A model generated the notes under the pieces. The model was not told the origin of the DNA, did not search any database, and was given only the letters and a program-made list of their open reading frames with translations. This document shows positions 62,656 to 64,000 of a stretch of 64,000 nt of DNA, piece after piece; within the stretch, counting starts at the first letter, position 1, and every line of letters begins with the position of its first letter. The position numbers and the translations under genes are program-made. Source of the stretch: a virus (taxonomy: Duplodnaviria > Heunggongvirae > Uroviricota > Caudoviricetes); the IMG/VR virus record IMGVR_UViG_3300047471_000949; one strand, given 5' to 3'.

Positions 62656-64000
62656 TTATCGAAGCCAAAATAACAGGAAAAAACTGGATGCGGCCAACAA
62701 AAAAGGAAAAGGACGCTAACGCAAATCGGCTAAAAAAACATTGGGATTTAATGCAAGGTTATATGAAAAAAGGCCATAGTAAAGAAGAGGCCTCCACAAA
62801 GGCTTATGATAATATAAAAAATGAGGACGCCATCAACGAACTGTCTGATAAAATCCTTCATCGTTATGTAAAGAGGGCAAGAAAAGCAGTATCAAATATA
62901 CCAGTAACGTTTAATGGTTCAAGGAAAAAGACCAGAGAGTATGAAAACCGATATTTAGGATTACATCAAGCTAAAAGGAAGCTACATCACGAATCCTGGT
63001 GGACTCCAGAGTATGCTGAAATGATCAGACAGGCTAAAAAGAAAAGAGAAAAGAAAGAAAAGAAGTTGTATAAAAAACATAAACACAAACACCAAGGATT
63101 AACTGCAATAGGGGCAGCAATGGGATATGGTAATATGCGGGGGGAAGAAACCATGAACGAACAGCCTTCAAAAGAATCGCTGGGAAAAGCAAAAAAGCTT
63201 GCTGATATGCTGAAGGGAGTAAAGAAGTTCGGAGGCTTCGATGTAGATCACAGTAAAGGAATAAGCGCCGACGATATCAAGAAGGGCGCAGAAATAATGG
63301 ATCGGATCAGGAAAATGAGGAGAGAAGCCGTCAACGAAATATCCGACGCGAAGAAGTTAGCCTATATTAATGCCTCATCTCATAGTATTGAAAAAAGGAA
63401 AAAAGGCATTGAACAAGCCACCAAAATGTTCAAGCAGTCTAAACCTACTTCACCCCCCCAACAACACCAACAAAGAGGCTCCGCCTATACTGCCTCGCTA
63501 CAAATGACCCAAAAAAGACGATGGGGGGACGAAACCGAAGTCAACGAACTGGGCCACGGAACCCTCAACCGATATTCTGACGCGGCCTTTACCCAAGCCG
63601 ATTGGTTAGATAAGCCTTGGAGAAAAAACAACCCCCAGGCAAAAAGAATCCTCAAAAACCGAAAAAAGGGGATGGACAGGGCTCGCGATAGATTATCCAA
63701 AGAGGAAAAAGAAGTAGGTTATACCGATAAAACTGGAAAGTTCTGGCCATCACAAAGCGGCAAGCGTTGGACTGGATATCACGGGAGAGCAACATTTTTA
63801 CCAGGTGCAGGACCTAAAGGTCGCACTAAGATAATTGGCGCTGGAAAATCGATAACTCCTAAAGAGGAAACCATCAACGAAGGAGATGTAGAAGCACTGA
63901 CCCAATATCGTCGAGCATTAGCGCATCGCGCTGGTATGGAAGGTAAAAATCGTGAAGCACTAGGAACACTTCAAGCTATAGATAAAAAGATTGCTGATGC
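62652..64000 (+). CDS. hypothetical lysine-rich protein (5' partial, continues past the window end)
   Basis: ATGA-coupled ATG at 62652; the frame stays open for at least 449 codons to the window end; absent from the ORF track because no stop is reached. Confidence 0.5.
   Translation, partial: MIIEAKITGKNWMRPTKKEKDANANRLKKHWDLMQGYMKKGHSKEEASTKAYDNIKNEDAINELSDKILHRYVKRARKAVSNIPVTFNGSRKKTREYENRYLGLHQAKRKLHHESWWTPEYAEMIRQAKKKREKKEKKLYKKHKHKHQGLTAIGAAMGYGNMRGEETMNEQPSKESLGKAKKLADMLKGVKKFGGFDVDHSKGISADDIKKGAEIMDRIRKMRREAVNEISDAKKLAYINASSHSIEKRKKGIEQATKMFKQSKPTSPPQQHQQRGSAYTASLQMTQKRRWGDETEVNELGHGTLNRYSDAAFTQADWLDKPWRKNNPQAKRILKNRKKGMDRARDRLSKEEKEVGYTDKTGKFWPSQSGKRWTGYHGRATFLPGAGPKGRTKIIGAGKSITPKEETINEGDVEALTQYRRALAHRAGMEGKNREALGTLQAIDKKIAD

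Noticed and set aside
1-64000. CRISPR arrays, integrase/att sites, transposases
   Set aside because: No regularly spaced direct repeats, no tyrosine or serine recombinase motifs, and no IS-like inverted repeats were seen. The window reads as a contiguous lytic phage genome segment.

Overview
This window reads as a contiguous stretch of a T4-like myovirus genome (Tevenvirinae-type core gene set). It is not a bacterial chromosome or a prophage junction.

- Bases 1-17,700 are the late structural module in T4 order: neck genes (gp13/14/15-like by position), a candidate small terminase, terminase large subunit, tail sheath gp18, tail tube gp19, portal gp20, prohead protease gp21, scaffold gp22 and major capsid protein gp23. 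I recognise gp19 and gp23 from the sequence. Every structural gene is preceded by a T4-type late promoter TATAAATA, which matches the gp55 late sigma factor found at 25,458.
- The module is interrupted by two intact HNH homing endonucleases and by a papain-like cysteine peptidase sitting between terminase small and large.
- Immediately after gp23 and its terminator there is an unusual sugar-handling module: a GT-like protein, a TPR plus GT9 heptosyltransferase-like protein, a GT2, an LpxH-like phosphoesterase, and a convergent operon of small membrane proteins.
- The rest of the window is the replication/recombination and early region, in non-T4 order: UvsY, UvsW, gp55, gp47, gp46, gp45, gp44, RegA, gp43, UvsX, gp41. 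Accessory genes are interspersed: peptide deformylase, dCMP deaminase, two DNA methyltransferases (one lacking an in-frame start), two nucleoside 2-deoxyribosyltransferase-like proteins, a SLOG/DUF2493 protein, two metallophosphatases, an SPFH/flotillin-like protein, and a ligase-like plus NMNAT-like fusion protein.
- The early genes are driven by a conserved promoter family, TTGACA-N16/17-TAtaAT, often with an extended TGn -10 element.
- A roughly 0.9-kb ORF-free, hairpin-rich region at 43.5-44.5 kb contains a tRNA-like element on the minus strand.

All functional calls rest on motifs read directly from the six-frame translations plus T4 synteny. No database searches were run.
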